Positions 8,928-16,850 of a stretch of 24,000 nucleotides of DNA are shown here, piece after piece (within the stretch, counting starts at the first letter, position 1; every line of letters begins with the position of its first letter). The notes under the pieces were generated by a model that saw nothing but the letters and a program-made list of their open reading frames with translations, did no database searches and was not told the origin of the DNA. The stretch is from an uncultured Veillonella sp. (GTDB taxonomy: Bacteria; Bacillota; Negativicutes; Veillonellales; Veillonellaceae): assembly GCA_963515865.1 (NCBI GenBank), contig CAUPZH010000006.1, forward strand, positions 18,609 to 42,608. Direction: 5' to 3'. The translations under genes were made by a program, and so were the position numbers.

Positions 8928-9258
8928 GGTATCCTCCTAAACATACGTAGTCAGATGTCATGTTAGTTCGTTTCTATTCATGGGCGCACATCATCGTACA
9001 ATAGATCTCTTATTGTTAACCTTTACTATTCTATTGTACTATAAATTTTATAATTCGTCTCCTATATTTGTTAACTAATGCTGTTAATTATGATTTAGTT
9101 TATGATTATAATTCATGGATATAAACCTATATAAAAAGTAGGAATATTGACGTACTATATTGAGAATGATATAATTGGGTCATATTGTTGCCTGTACAGT
9201 GCAGGGAATCAAGAAGTAATTGGACTATAGTTAGGTCTGGAAAGGAAGGAGAATTTGT

Positions 9259-10647
9259 ATGGATATGCCATTTTTTACACAATTTCTCATGATTAGCGAT
9301 CCTATGACGATAGGTATACTCGTGCTATTCGTTATCGCCTTAGGATATGTATATTTTCTTCAAAAAAGAAATATTCACTTCGGTACATTAGTAATGGTTG
9401 CCACTGTAGTAGGTGCTGTACTAGGGGTTGCGGTGCAACTGATTGCAGGTTTCCCTAACAACCCGATGGATGTGGTATTCATCAAGGAAAGCACGAAGTG
9501 GTTCTCTCTTATCGGGGGAGGATTCATTGATTTAATTCGTATGCTCGTTATTCCTGTGGTATTTATTTCCATTGTTCATGTTATCTTACATATGGATACG
9601 AATGCGAACTTAAAGCGTCTTGTATCCTCCACAGGCGTGGTAGCCTTAGTCATGGTTGGTATTGCTGCTATCGTAGGCTTAGTGCTAGGTACAGTAACTG
9701 GATTAGGGGAAGGTACCTTAGCAGTGGCTGGGGATTCCAAAATGCGTGAAGTAAAACCAGTAGTAGACACATTGCGTGCCTTGATTCCTTCCAATCCTGT
9801 GAATGCTATGGCGCAAACGAATGTTATTGCTATTGTAGTATTCGGTGTTATCATCGGCGGTATTGCTAGACTGGTAAAACAACATGGTGCCAGTGATTTA
9901 GAAGTGATGACAAAACTATTTGATGAAGCCTATACGGTGATTTTCTGGGTAGCTGATTTCATCATCGGTTTGATGCCATATGGTGTCGTTGCATTGTTGG
10001 CTACTACATTGGCACAAAAAGGGTTTGGTGCTATTGCTGATATGGCCTTGTTTATCATCTTGATCTATGTAGGCGTAGTGATTATGTTACTTGTACAAGC
10101 CGTATTATTAACAGTATTCGGTGTGAGCCCTATTATGTACTTCCGTAAAGCAAAAGAGGCATTAATCTTAGCTTTCACATCTCGTTCTAGCATGGGCGTG
10201 TTGCCATTGACGGTAGAAACATTGACTAAAAAATTAGGTGTTAATCCTGCCACTGCGAATACAGTAGCAAGTTTTGGTACCACAGCAGGTATGCAAGGTT
10301 GTGCAGGTATCTTCCCAGCGTTGTGTATCATCTATATTGCTCGAGTATCTGGTGTGCCATTAGACTTTACCATGTATGTAATGAGCGTTATCGTTATCGC
10401 TTTAGGCTCCTTGGGAATTGCTGGCGTACCTGGTACAGCGACAATGGCAGCCTCTGTTTCCTTATCTGGTACCGGTATGGGTGCATTCTTCGGATCCATT
10501 TCTCCAATTTTAGCAGTAGATCCTATCGTTGATATGGGACGTACAATGTTAAATGTAAGTGGTTCCATGACAAATGCTATCGTAGTAGATCGTTTACAAG
10601 GTACTTTTGACCAAGAAGCATTTAACGATACAAAAACAATTCGATAA
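9259..10647 (+). CDS. dicarboxylate/amino acid:cation symporter (DAACS) family transporter, possibly L-cystine (TcyP-like)
   Basis: 462-aa polytopic membrane protein. The FTSRSSMGVLPLTVE motif (SSxxxLP re-entrant loop) is typical of the family. Its overall layout resembles TcyP, but I have not verified this by alignment. RBS aaggaaggag lies 7 nt before the ATG. Confidence 0.75.
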   Translation: MDMPFFTQFLMISDPMTIGILVLFVIALGYVYFLQKRNIHFGTLVMVATVVGAVLGVAVQLIAGFPNNPMDVVFIKESTKWFSLIGGGFIDLIRMLVIPVVFISIVHVILHMDTNANLKRLVSSTGVVALVMVGIAAIVGLVLGTVTGLGEGTLAVAGDSKMREVKPVVDTLRALIPSNPVNAMAQTNVIAIVVFGVIIGGIARLVKQHGASDLEVMTKLFDEAYTVIFWVADFIIGLMPYGVVALLATTLAQKGFGAIADMALFIILIYVGVVIMLLVQAVLLTVFGVSPIMYFRKAKEALILAFTSRSSMGVLPLTVETLTKKLGVNPATANTVASFGTTAGMQGCAGIFPALCIIYIARVSGVPLDFTMYVMSVIVIALGSLGIAGVPGTATMAASVSLSGTGMGAFFGSISPILAVDPIVDMGRTMLNVSGSMTNAIVVDRLQGTFDQEAFNDTKTIR

Positions 10648-10707
10648 GGTATAAGTAATGTATTAGATGCATCATGTATCTATGATGAAAGTACTAAAAG
10701 ATATACG

Positions 10708-10746
10708 GCTGCAACCTACAGATATAGCGTAGGTTGCAGCTTTTTT
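10708..10746 (+). terminator. intrinsic terminator of the symporter gene
   Basis: GCTGCAACCTAC-9 nt-GTAGGTTGCAGC followed by TTTTTT. Confidence 0.9.
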
Positions 10747-10930
10747 CTGTCATAGAGTTGAAGAAAATAGGCTATTCCTTGAGTGTGCCATGACAGATGT
10801 AAAATAAGGACCTGTATCGAGCGATAGAAATCCTTATTTGTATGGGGTATATGGTTGATATAGGGGAGGGAATATAAAAGAATATAGGTAAGGGTAGTGT
10901 AAGGCTATTTAAAGGTATATATAGGAAACC

Positions 10931-11422
10931 TTACCAGCGATCAACGCCAAGGTGTTTTTCCATGCGGCGCATCATACGTGCGAAGGCATCATCTTCCTCT
11001 TTTTTCTGGGATTTTGTCTCTTCTGCTGCAGGAATGATATTATCAGACGTGATAATCACTGTATCTCCGAAAGAATGATAGGTATGACCACCTACACGTT
11101 TAGTTTGGGAGTAACTTTCATCATAGGAGTAAGGTTCTACACGGTCTTTGTGGAAAAAGTCATCCTTGTTATATTCACGTACACCAGCATTATAAGCATC
11201 GATAGCAGCACGTTTTTTAGTAATCAACATTTGAATCACTGCATCTGTATCTGCTAAGTAATTTTCTAAGTCTTTTGTATAGGCTTTCATATCTTCAGTG
11301 GACGCCATTTTGAAAGACATAGGTCTATGATCACTTTGGAAACTAGGGTAGTTAATGGATGAAGCAAAAGTGGAAGAACTGATAGTTATGGCTAGTGTCG
11401 TTAATAGTAATGTACGTTTCAT
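10931..11422 (-). CDS. hypothetical secreted/periplasmic protein (signal peptide)
   Basis: I moved the start to MKRTLLLTTLAITISSSTFASS (the AAGGAG RBS is cgaaggagacacttATG on the minus strand). It has a typical signal peptide and a charged C-terminus. No family recognised. Confidence 0.6.
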   Translation of the reverse strand: MKRTLLLTTLAITISSSTFASSINYPSFQSDHRPMSFKMASTEDMKAYTKDLENYLADTDAVIQMLITKKRAAIDAYNAGVREYNKDDFFHKDRVEPYSYDESYSQTKRVGGHTYHSFGDTVIITSDNIIPAAEETKSQKKEEDDAFARMMRRMEKHLGVDRW

Positions 11423-11704
11423 AAGTGTCTCCTTCGTATTAGCTAGTCTATAAACGTTAATTAGGTGCACTCTATTAGTAGGTTACCCTAGAGTATATTA
11501 TATGCTGTTTCAAGGCTTTCATAGGGGGAAACTATGAATTAAGCATATAATTAGAAGTATAAGCGTTAAAACTAATGTAGTGTACTCTGTTATCTGTATC
11601 TAAAGTATATCCTACGAATATGAAGAGAAGATGATGAATACTACAATATAGTTATATCAGCTAGATAGATGGTAGCCATAAGCTTGCATAGGTTAGTAGT
11701 ATGC

Positions 11705-11733
11705 AAAAAAGCGACTGTTTTCACAGTCGCTTT
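11705..11733 (-). terminator. intrinsic terminator of rubrerythrin, structurally bidirectional
   Basis: aaaaaaGCGACTGTtttcACAGTCGCttt. On the minus strand the stem is followed by a run of 6 U. Confidence 0.85.
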
Positions 11734-11930
11734 AGTATACTTATACTAGATCTAACCCACTTGGGATAACGTATATGTAATTTGACCCACTTGGGTAGAC
11801 ATCATTACTACTTAGTATATTATTTATTTCGGGTACATACCCTTAGAACTACTTAGTTCTTATATAGATTGGTTCGTATCACTTGATACAATGTTATAGT
11901 ATTTATCTAAGAAACCACTCGGTTTACTAA

Positions 11931-12479
11931 TTAGATAAGAGTTTCTCCGTGTTGAGAGAAGAATGCTTGTGGATGAGCACATACTGGGCAAAGTTTTGGA
12001 GCTTCTTCGCCGATGTGGATGTAACCACAGTTAGCACAGATCCAAGCAACTGGTTGTTCACGTTTGAACACTTTACCGCCTTCAACAGCAGTTACAAGGT
12101 CAAGGTAACGTTCTTCGTGACGAGCTTCGATAACACCAACTTGTTCGAATAAGTAAGCGATTTTAGCGAAACCTTCTTCTTTTGCAACTTTAGCAAATTC
12201 TGGGTACATTACAGTGTGTTCGTAGTGTTCGCCAGCAGCAGCGTCTTTTAAGTTGATTGCTACGTCAGCGTTTACATCGCCACCGTGTAACAATTTGAAC
12301 CATACTTTAGCATGAGCGGATTCGTTGATTGCTGTTTCTTCGAAGTAATCAGCGATTTTGTTCATACCAGCTTTGCGAGCTGCACTTGCATAGTATGTAT
12401 ATTTACGGTTAGCTTGAGATTCACCAGCGAATGCTGCTTGAAGATTTTTTTCTGTTTGAGTACCTTTTAATTCTGGCAT
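11931..12479 (-). CDS. rbr: rubrerythrin
   Basis: N-terminal ferritin-like diiron domain (KNLQAAFAGESQANRKY, INESAH, GEHYEH, EARHEERY) plus a C-terminal rubredoxin-type CANCG...CPVC. RBS ggagg (tggaggaaag) precedes the ATG. Confidence 0.95.
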   Translation of the reverse strand: MPELKGTQTEKNLQAAFAGESQANRKYTYYASAARKAGMNKIADYFEETAINESAHAKVWFKLLHGGDVNADVAINLKDAAAGEHYEHTVMYPEFAKVAKEEGFAKIAYLFEQVGVIEARHEERYLDLVTAVEGGKVFKREQPVAWICANCGYIHIGEEAPKLCPVCAHPQAFFSQHGETLI

Positions 12480-12536
12480 TTTCTTTCCTCCATGTACTTT
12501 ACATAGCTGTAATAAAATAAATACTTATTTGTATAT

Positions 12537-12562
12537 GGGGATCACTCACTTGAGTGATTCCC
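12537..12562 (-). other. stable stem-loop in the rbr 5' leader
   Basis: ggggatcactcacttgagtgattccc is a 12-nt inverted repeat with one mismatch. It lies about 60-80 nt upstream of the rbr ATG and downstream of the predicted transcription start. Confidence 0.5.
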
Positions 12563-12585
12563 TATTGATTTCGTTACTTAACGAA

Positions 12586-12601
12586 TAATCATTGTTGATT
12601 A
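12586..12601. promoter_or_regulatory. candidate Fur/PerR-type operator overlapping the rbr transcription start
   Basis: TAATCA-TTGT-TGATTA is a perfect inverted repeat. The flanking AATAATCATT resembles the Fur-box core GATAATCATT. It lies immediately downstream of the predicted -10. Confidence 0.4.
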
Positions 12602-12602
12602 C

Positions 12603-12631
12603 ATTATAGACTATGAAAATGAGAAATGCAA
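12603..12631 (-). promoter_or_regulatory. rbr promoter (sigma-70-like)
   Basis: Minus strand reads TTGCAT (12631-12626), 17 nt, TATAAT (12608-12603). It is preceded by a long A/T-tract, UP-like region. Confidence 0.65.
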
Positions 12632-13000
12632 GTCTTTTTTTAGAAAATTTTAAAAATTTTTTATAAATGATAAGCTCTCTCAATCGGCTTTGTTATCGCA
12701 TTTGTAGCGTGTTAATTCCCCTGTTAAATAGGGGGATTACACAAAATAGAAATTGAGAATCGAACTCAAAAGGTAAAAGTGTAATGATAATACATAGAAA
12801 TACCTCTATTTATAGGCTTTGAGCGATATAGTGATATGGTAGGTGTTTTTGAGGTCTTATCAAATGATACTCGTCATCAATATTCATAGTTTGTAAGTAT
12901 TGCATAGGGAGAAACTTTCAGCAATACCCATAAGGTCCTATAGAGAAATATAAAGTTAGATGATATACTATAGACATAATCATGGAAATAGGAGGTGCCT

Positions 13001-13207
13001 ATGGGATTTGTAAAATACCAAGTAGGTGATGTGGTACAAATGAAGAAGCCCCATCCTTGTGGTAGTCAGAATTGGGAGATTAAACGAACTGGCGTTGACT
13101 TTGTAACAGTCTGTGAAGGCTGTGGGCATCAAGTGATGATACCACGACCTAAGTTTGAAAAGAATGTAAAAAAGATAGTATCCAGAAAAGAAGCAACAGA
13201 AGAATAA
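13001..13207 (+). CDS. DUF951-family small protein (YyzM-like)
   Basis: MGFVKYQVGDVVQMKKPHPCGSQNWEIKRTGVDFVTVCEGCGHQVMIPRPKFEK matches the DUF951 pattern as I recall it. RBS aggagg precedes the ATG at 13001. The family is classically found next to ychF. Confidence 0.8.
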   Translation: MGFVKYQVGDVVQMKKPHPCGSQNWEIKRTGVDFVTVCEGCGHQVMIPRPKFEKNVKKIVSRKEATEE

Positions 13208-13251
13208 GGTGTGTTCGTATATCAGTATAGTTTTCTAGGAGAGGGATATCT

Positions 13252-14280
13252 ATGGTTGATTTAACGAAATATGCAGCCAAGGGTGGTTGCGCGTGTAAGA
13301 TTGGGCCTCATATCTTAGCGGATGTGTTGCAACATATGAAGATGCCTACACATCCAGCTGTATTGACCGATGCATCTGGGATGGAAGATGCTGGAGTGTA
13401 TCAAATTAATGACAGTCAAGCCATTGTACAGACGGTGGATTTTTTTACCCCTCCAGTGGCAGATCCGAGACTCTTTGGTCGTGTGGCAACTTGTAATAGT
13501 TTAAGTGATATATATGCTATGGGGGGCACTCCCATATCAGTATTGAATATTGTAGCCTTTCCGGTACCTTTAGTGAAAGAAGGTATCCTTCGTGAGGTAT
13601 TAGAAGGTGCCAATGAGGTCTTACTAGAGACAGGAGTAGCGCTTCTTGGTGGTCACAGTATCGAAAATGAAGTGCCTGTTTTTGGAATGGCTGTGACAGG
13701 TCTTATCGATCCTCGTCATATTTGGACCAATGGGGATGCTCAAGTTGGTGATGTGTTGATTCTATCTAAACCGATTGGAACTGGAATTATGAACACGGCT
13801 GCGAAAGGTGGCGTATTTCCTGAAGGCGTAGAGGAAGCGATGCACAGTATGGGAACGATTAATAAAGGAGCTCGAGATGTGGCGGCGCAGTTTACCATTC
13901 ACGGTTGTACGGACATTACAGGATTCAGCTTGATTGGTCATGTATCTGAAATGGCAAAAGCTAGTGGAACATCTGTGGAACTCTATGCGGAGCAAATTCC
14001 TCTCTTTACCGATGTAGTAGAGGCTGCTAGCATGGGCTTAGTCCCAGCATCTACGTATGGGAATCGTAAGGCATTAGGTGATCAAGCTGAGTTTGCTGAC
14101 CATTTAGATCCAGTATGGAGCGATATTTGTTTTGATCCGCAAACATCAGGTGGTTTATTATTTGCTTGTTCTGAAAGTGAAGGAAAACAGTTACTTTCAG
14201 CGTTACAAGCAAAGGGTTTACAGGCCGCACAGATTGGCCGTGTTATTCAGGAAGGAAGGAAACAAGTCTATGTCAAATAA
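13252..14280 (+). CDS. selD: selenide, water dikinase (selenophosphate synthetase), Cys form
   Basis: N-terminal KGGCACKIGP (the SelD Cys/Lys active-site loop, using Cys codons TGC/TGT rather than TGA). It has an AIR-synthase-like fold and typical length (342 aa). RBS aggagaggg. Confidence 0.92.
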   Translation: MVDLTKYAAKGGCACKIGPHILADVLQHMKMPTHPAVLTDASGMEDAGVYQINDSQAIVQTVDFFTPPVADPRLFGRVATCNSLSDIYAMGGTPISVLNIVAFPVPLVKEGILREVLEGANEVLLETGVALLGGHSIENEVPVFGMAVTGLIDPRHIWTNGDAQVGDVLILSKPIGTGIMNTAAKGGVFPEGVEEAMHSMGTINKGARDVAAQFTIHGCTDITGFSLIGHVSEMAKASGTSVELYAEQIPLFTDVVEAASMGLVPASTYGNRKALGDQAEFADHLDPVWSDICFDPQTSGGLLFACSESEGKQLLSALQAKGLQAAQIGRVIQEGRKQVYVK

Positions 14281-15142
14281 AGAAGTAACGATAGATATGC
14301 GAGGCCAAGTATGCCCAGCACCAGTGATTGAAGCAAAGAAGGCGATGGATGCCGATGCAAATACGTATGTAAAAGTCATTGTCGACAATGATGTGAGCCG
14401 TGACAATGTGGTGAAATTAGGGGAATACCGAGGCTATGAAAACCATGTATTAGAACAAGAGGGAAATTATATCGTTGTGTTGATTCCTCCTACAGCGGTG
14501 AAAGAGGAAGTAGCTACAGCTAGTGCTGCCAACATTCAAACGTCGAATGATTTAGAGGACCTAGATTTGGAAGCTATTTTTGAAAATGAATTTGCCGCAC
14601 CCCTAGGAAAGGTTGTAACGAATACAACAATTGCTGGTGGAGAGGCCCCATTTTATATGACAAATGGAACAGGTAGCTTGGAACGTAGCATTGCAGCTTA
14701 TGAAAAAACAAAAGCAGAAAAAGCAGCAATGGGTGCACCAATTAGCCAAGATACAGTGCCACCCGAATTGATGGGAACTGCGGTACCGTCTGTATCAACC
14801 TCTTCTATGGGTGGTAAAGTGCTACTATTCACGAAGGATTATTTAGGCGAAGGTAGTGAAGAGTTAGGCCGTAACTTGATGAAAACGTTCATCTATGTAT
14901 TGACGGAAACAGATGTGAAACCCAAAGCCATCTATTGCATTAATAGTGCTGTAAAAATGCTCGTAGAAGGGTCTGAACATATTGAAAACTTCAAAGCCTT
15001 AGAAGCAGCAGGGGTAACTGTTAGTGGCTGTGGCATTTGCTTAGACTTTTATGAAGTAAAAGACAAAGTGCAAGTAGGCACCATTACCAATCTGTATGCT
15101 ATCACGGAAAGTATGATGCAAGAACCCTTTGTTACATTGTAA
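14270..15142 (+). CDS. yedF: YedF-like selenium-metabolism protein: TusA/SirA-like N-domain plus DsrE-like C-domain, with a long internal linker
   Basis: The start ATG at 14270 follows ggaaggaagg and overlaps the selD stop by 11 nt. The N-terminus has MRGQVCPAPVIEAKKAM (the TusA CP motif). The C-terminus has LGRNLMKTF...CINSAVKML...SGCGICLDFY...VGTITNLYAI, typical of YedF. Confidence 0.8.
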   Translation: MSNKEVTIDMRGQVCPAPVIEAKKAMDADANTYVKVIVDNDVSRDNVVKLGEYRGYENHVLEQEGNYIVVLIPPTAVKEEVATASAANIQTSNDLEDLDLEAIFENEFAAPLGKVVTNTTIAGGEAPFYMTNGTGSLERSIAAYEKTKAEKAAMGAPISQDTVPPELMGTAVPSVSTSSMGGKVLLFTKDYLGEGSEELGRNLMKTFIYVLTETDVKPKAIYCINSAVKMLVEGSEHIENFKALEAAGVTVSGCGICLDFYEVKDKVQVGTITNLYAITESMMQEPFVTL

Positions 15143-15262
15143 CTGGATGCTTAGTGAGATAGATAGGTATCACTGGAAAGATTGAATGAGGGACAGGGGG
15201 TGTCTGCTTTGGAAGTAATTAGTCAACAGCTTAAGATATCTATAGATAAGGTATCACGAAAA

Positions 15263-15505
15263 ATGCTTATACTATTTAGCTCTTATTATTTTGCTGACAA
15301 AGCAGATAAAACGCTAGGGCAATATAAAGTACCTCATCAGTTGATGCCAGTTCCACCAGAACTATCTAGCGCTTGTGGGCTCTCTATTGGTGTGCAAGAA
15401 GAATACATAGAAGAAGTGTTGCGTATCTTTGAAGTAGAAAAAATAACCCCTTCTCATATGTATTATTATGAAAAGGGAAAAGAACCGATAGAATATAAGC
15501 GTTGA
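15263..15505 (+). CDS. DUF3343-family small protein (putative Se/S carrier-like)
   Basis: MLILFSSYYFADKADKTLGQYKVPHQLMPVPPELSSACGLSIGV fits the DUF3343 pattern (FxS..A...E..L...xPxPxxxSxxCGxxI). The start is ambiguous: GTG 15200 and TTG 15182 are both in frame. Confidence 0.65.
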   Translation: MLILFSSYYFADKADKTLGQYKVPHQLMPVPPELSSACGLSIGVQEEYIEEVLRIFEVEKITPSHMYYYEKGKEPIEYKR

Positions 15506-15558
15506 TGTTGTCGATATAGGTACTGGGAGATATATTTGACATAGGTACATATAGAAAA

Positions 15559-15594
15559 GCTAGGTGCACTCAAAGGAGTGTACCTAGCTTTTTT
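15559..15594. terminator. bidirectional terminator between the DUF3343 gene and ychF
   Basis: aaaaGCTAGGTGCACT-caaagg-AGTGTACCTAGCtttttt, with one mismatch in the stem. Confidence 0.85.
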
Positions 15595-15607
15595 GCTATG
15601 GATAGTA

Positions 15608-16714
15608 TTATACGTTGAAACGGAAATGTGTTACATCGCCGTCTTTCATGATATAGTCTTTGCCTTCTAGGCGAACAAGACCTTTTTCTTTGGCTGCATT
15701 TTGGCTGCCGCAAGCTTCTAAATCGTCAAAGGATACAATTTCTGCGCGGATGAAACCTTTTTCGATGTCAGAGTGGATTTTACCAGCTGCTTGAGGGGCT
15801 TTTGTGCCTTCCACGATAGTCCACGCACGAGCTTCCATTTCGCCAGCTGTGAAGTAGTTAATTAAGCCCAATAAGGAGTAACTAGCTTTGATTAATTTTG
15901 TTAAGCCACTTTCTTCTAAACCGAGGTCAGCTAGGAAAGCTGTTGCTTCTTCGTCGGATAATTCAGCAATTTCAGATTCAATGCGAGCAGATACGACAAC
16001 TACGCCAGAACCTTCTTTAGCAGCATAGTCTTCTACTTGTTTGACAAATTCGTTGCCAGAGTAGTCGGATACTTCATCTTCCCCCACATTGGCTACGTAT
16101 AAAGATTTTTTAGCTGTCAATAAAGTTAGATCTTTTAAGATGTCTAACTCATCTTCCGTTAAGCCTTGAGCGCGAACAGGGATGGCATCACCTAAGGCAG
16201 CAGATACTTTTTCTAAAATAGGCGCTTCAATACGAGCATCTTTGTCACCAGATTTTGCTAATTTAGCAATACGTTGTAAGCGTTTATCTACGCTTTCAAG
16301 ATCAGCTAAACAAAGTTCAGTGTTGATGATTTCAATATCGCGAACAGGATCTACAGAACCAGCCACATGTGTGATGTTAGGGTCATCGAAACAGCGAATC
16401 ACTTGTGCAATGGCATCGACTTGGCGGATGTGGCTTAAGAATTTATTGCCTAAACCTTCCCCTTTGGATGCACCAGCCACAAGGCCTGCGATGTCTACAA
16501 AGCGCATGGCAGCAGGTAAGATACGTTTAGAACCGAACATCTCAGCCAACACCGCTAAACGAGCGTCTGGTACGTCTACCACGCCTACATTTGGTTCGAT
16601 GGTACAGAATGGATAGTTTGCCGCTTCTGCGCCAGCCTTTGTAATAGCATTAAACAATGTACTTTTTCCGACATTTGGAAGGCCTACAATGCCTACTTCT
16701 AAATTTGTGCTCAT
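15608..16714 (-). CDS. ychF: redox-regulated ATPase YchF (Obg-family P-loop NTPase)
   Basis: VGIVGLPNVGKSTLFNA P-loop, a TGS-like C-terminus GKDYIMKDGDVTHFRFNV, and 368 aa. Confidence 0.95.
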   Translation of the reverse strand: MSTNLEVGIVGLPNVGKSTLFNAITKAGAEAANYPFCTIEPNVGVVDVPDARLAVLAEMFGSKRILPAAMRFVDIAGLVAGASKGEGLGNKFLSHIRQVDAIAQVIRCFDDPNITHVAGSVDPVRDIEIINTELCLADLESVDKRLQRIAKLAKSGDKDARIEAPILEKVSAALGDAIPVRAQGLTEDELDILKDLTLLTAKKSLYVANVGEDEVSDYSGNEFVKQVEDYAAKEGSGVVVVSARIESEIAELSDEEATAFLADLGLEESGLTKLIKASYSLLGLINYFTAGEMEARAWTIVEGTKAPQAAGKIHSDIEKGFIRAEIVSFDDLEACGSQNAAKEKGLVRLEGKDYIMKDGDVTHFRFNV

Positions 16715-16776
16715 TGGTAACTCCTTTAGTGCTTGCGATACATTATCAAAATAGTATAAACGGTATGTATAATTTG

Positions 16777-16785
16777 TGATATACT
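16777..16785 (+). promoter_or_regulatory. extended -10-like box (TGATATACT) upstream of the small ORF transcript
   Basis: It matches TGnTATAAT with one mismatch. A start about 7 nt downstream would fall at the AAGAGAGC block (16792). Confidence 0.45.
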
Positions 16786-16824
16786 ATAAATAAGAGAGCT
16801 TCCAACGTGAGTTGGGCTCATCTC
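16778..16824. repeat. left arm of an imperfect inverted repeat (blocks GATATACTAT / AAGAGAGC / CAACGTG / GGCTCATCTC)
   Basis: The same four blocks occur in the same order on the opposite strand at 17001-17062. See the findings. Confidence 0.75.
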
Positions 16825-16850
16825 TTCCTACTATGGGAGGAGGTGATACT

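Noticed and set aside
9040-9110. TATAAA-T-TTTATA dyad (9040-9052) and TTATGATT direct repeats in the second LysR/DAACS intergenic region, as possible LysR boxes.
   Set aside because: The region is extremely AT-rich, so short AT-only dyads and repeats are expected by chance. I did not list them as features.
9375-10568. Several ORFs overlapping the DAACS symporter gene on either strand (9375..9572, 9576..9854, 10065..10331, 10299..10532, 10332..10568).
   Set aside because: These are shadow or alternative-frame ORFs within a convincing 462-aa transporter CDS.
12963-12974. TGATATACTATA upstream of DUF951 matches the box upstream of the small toxin-like ORF (16777-16788), suggesting a shared repeat.
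   Set aside because: The shared part is essentially the extended -10 consensus (TGnTATAcT) plus 3 nt. The flanks are unrelated, so this is promoter similarity rather than a repeat family.
13285-13300. Possible selenocysteine (TGA) recoding in the SelD active-site loop.
   Set aside because: The loop is encoded as GGT TGC GCG TGT AAG (G-C-A-C-K). Both positions are ordinary Cys codons, so this is a Cys-type SelD with no SECIS requirement.
16182-16616. 144-aa plus-strand ORF antisense to ychF. Similar cases are 17473..17769 and 17804..18034 (antisense to ddh), and 18778..18981, 19041..19271 and 19342..19524 (overlapping dapL).
   Set aside because: These are overlapping ORFs inside highly conserved genes: the ychF, ddh, 18778 and 19342 cases are antisense, and 19041..19271 is an alternative frame on the dapL strand. 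Their Ala/Ser/Arg-rich composition is typical of reverse-frame translation.
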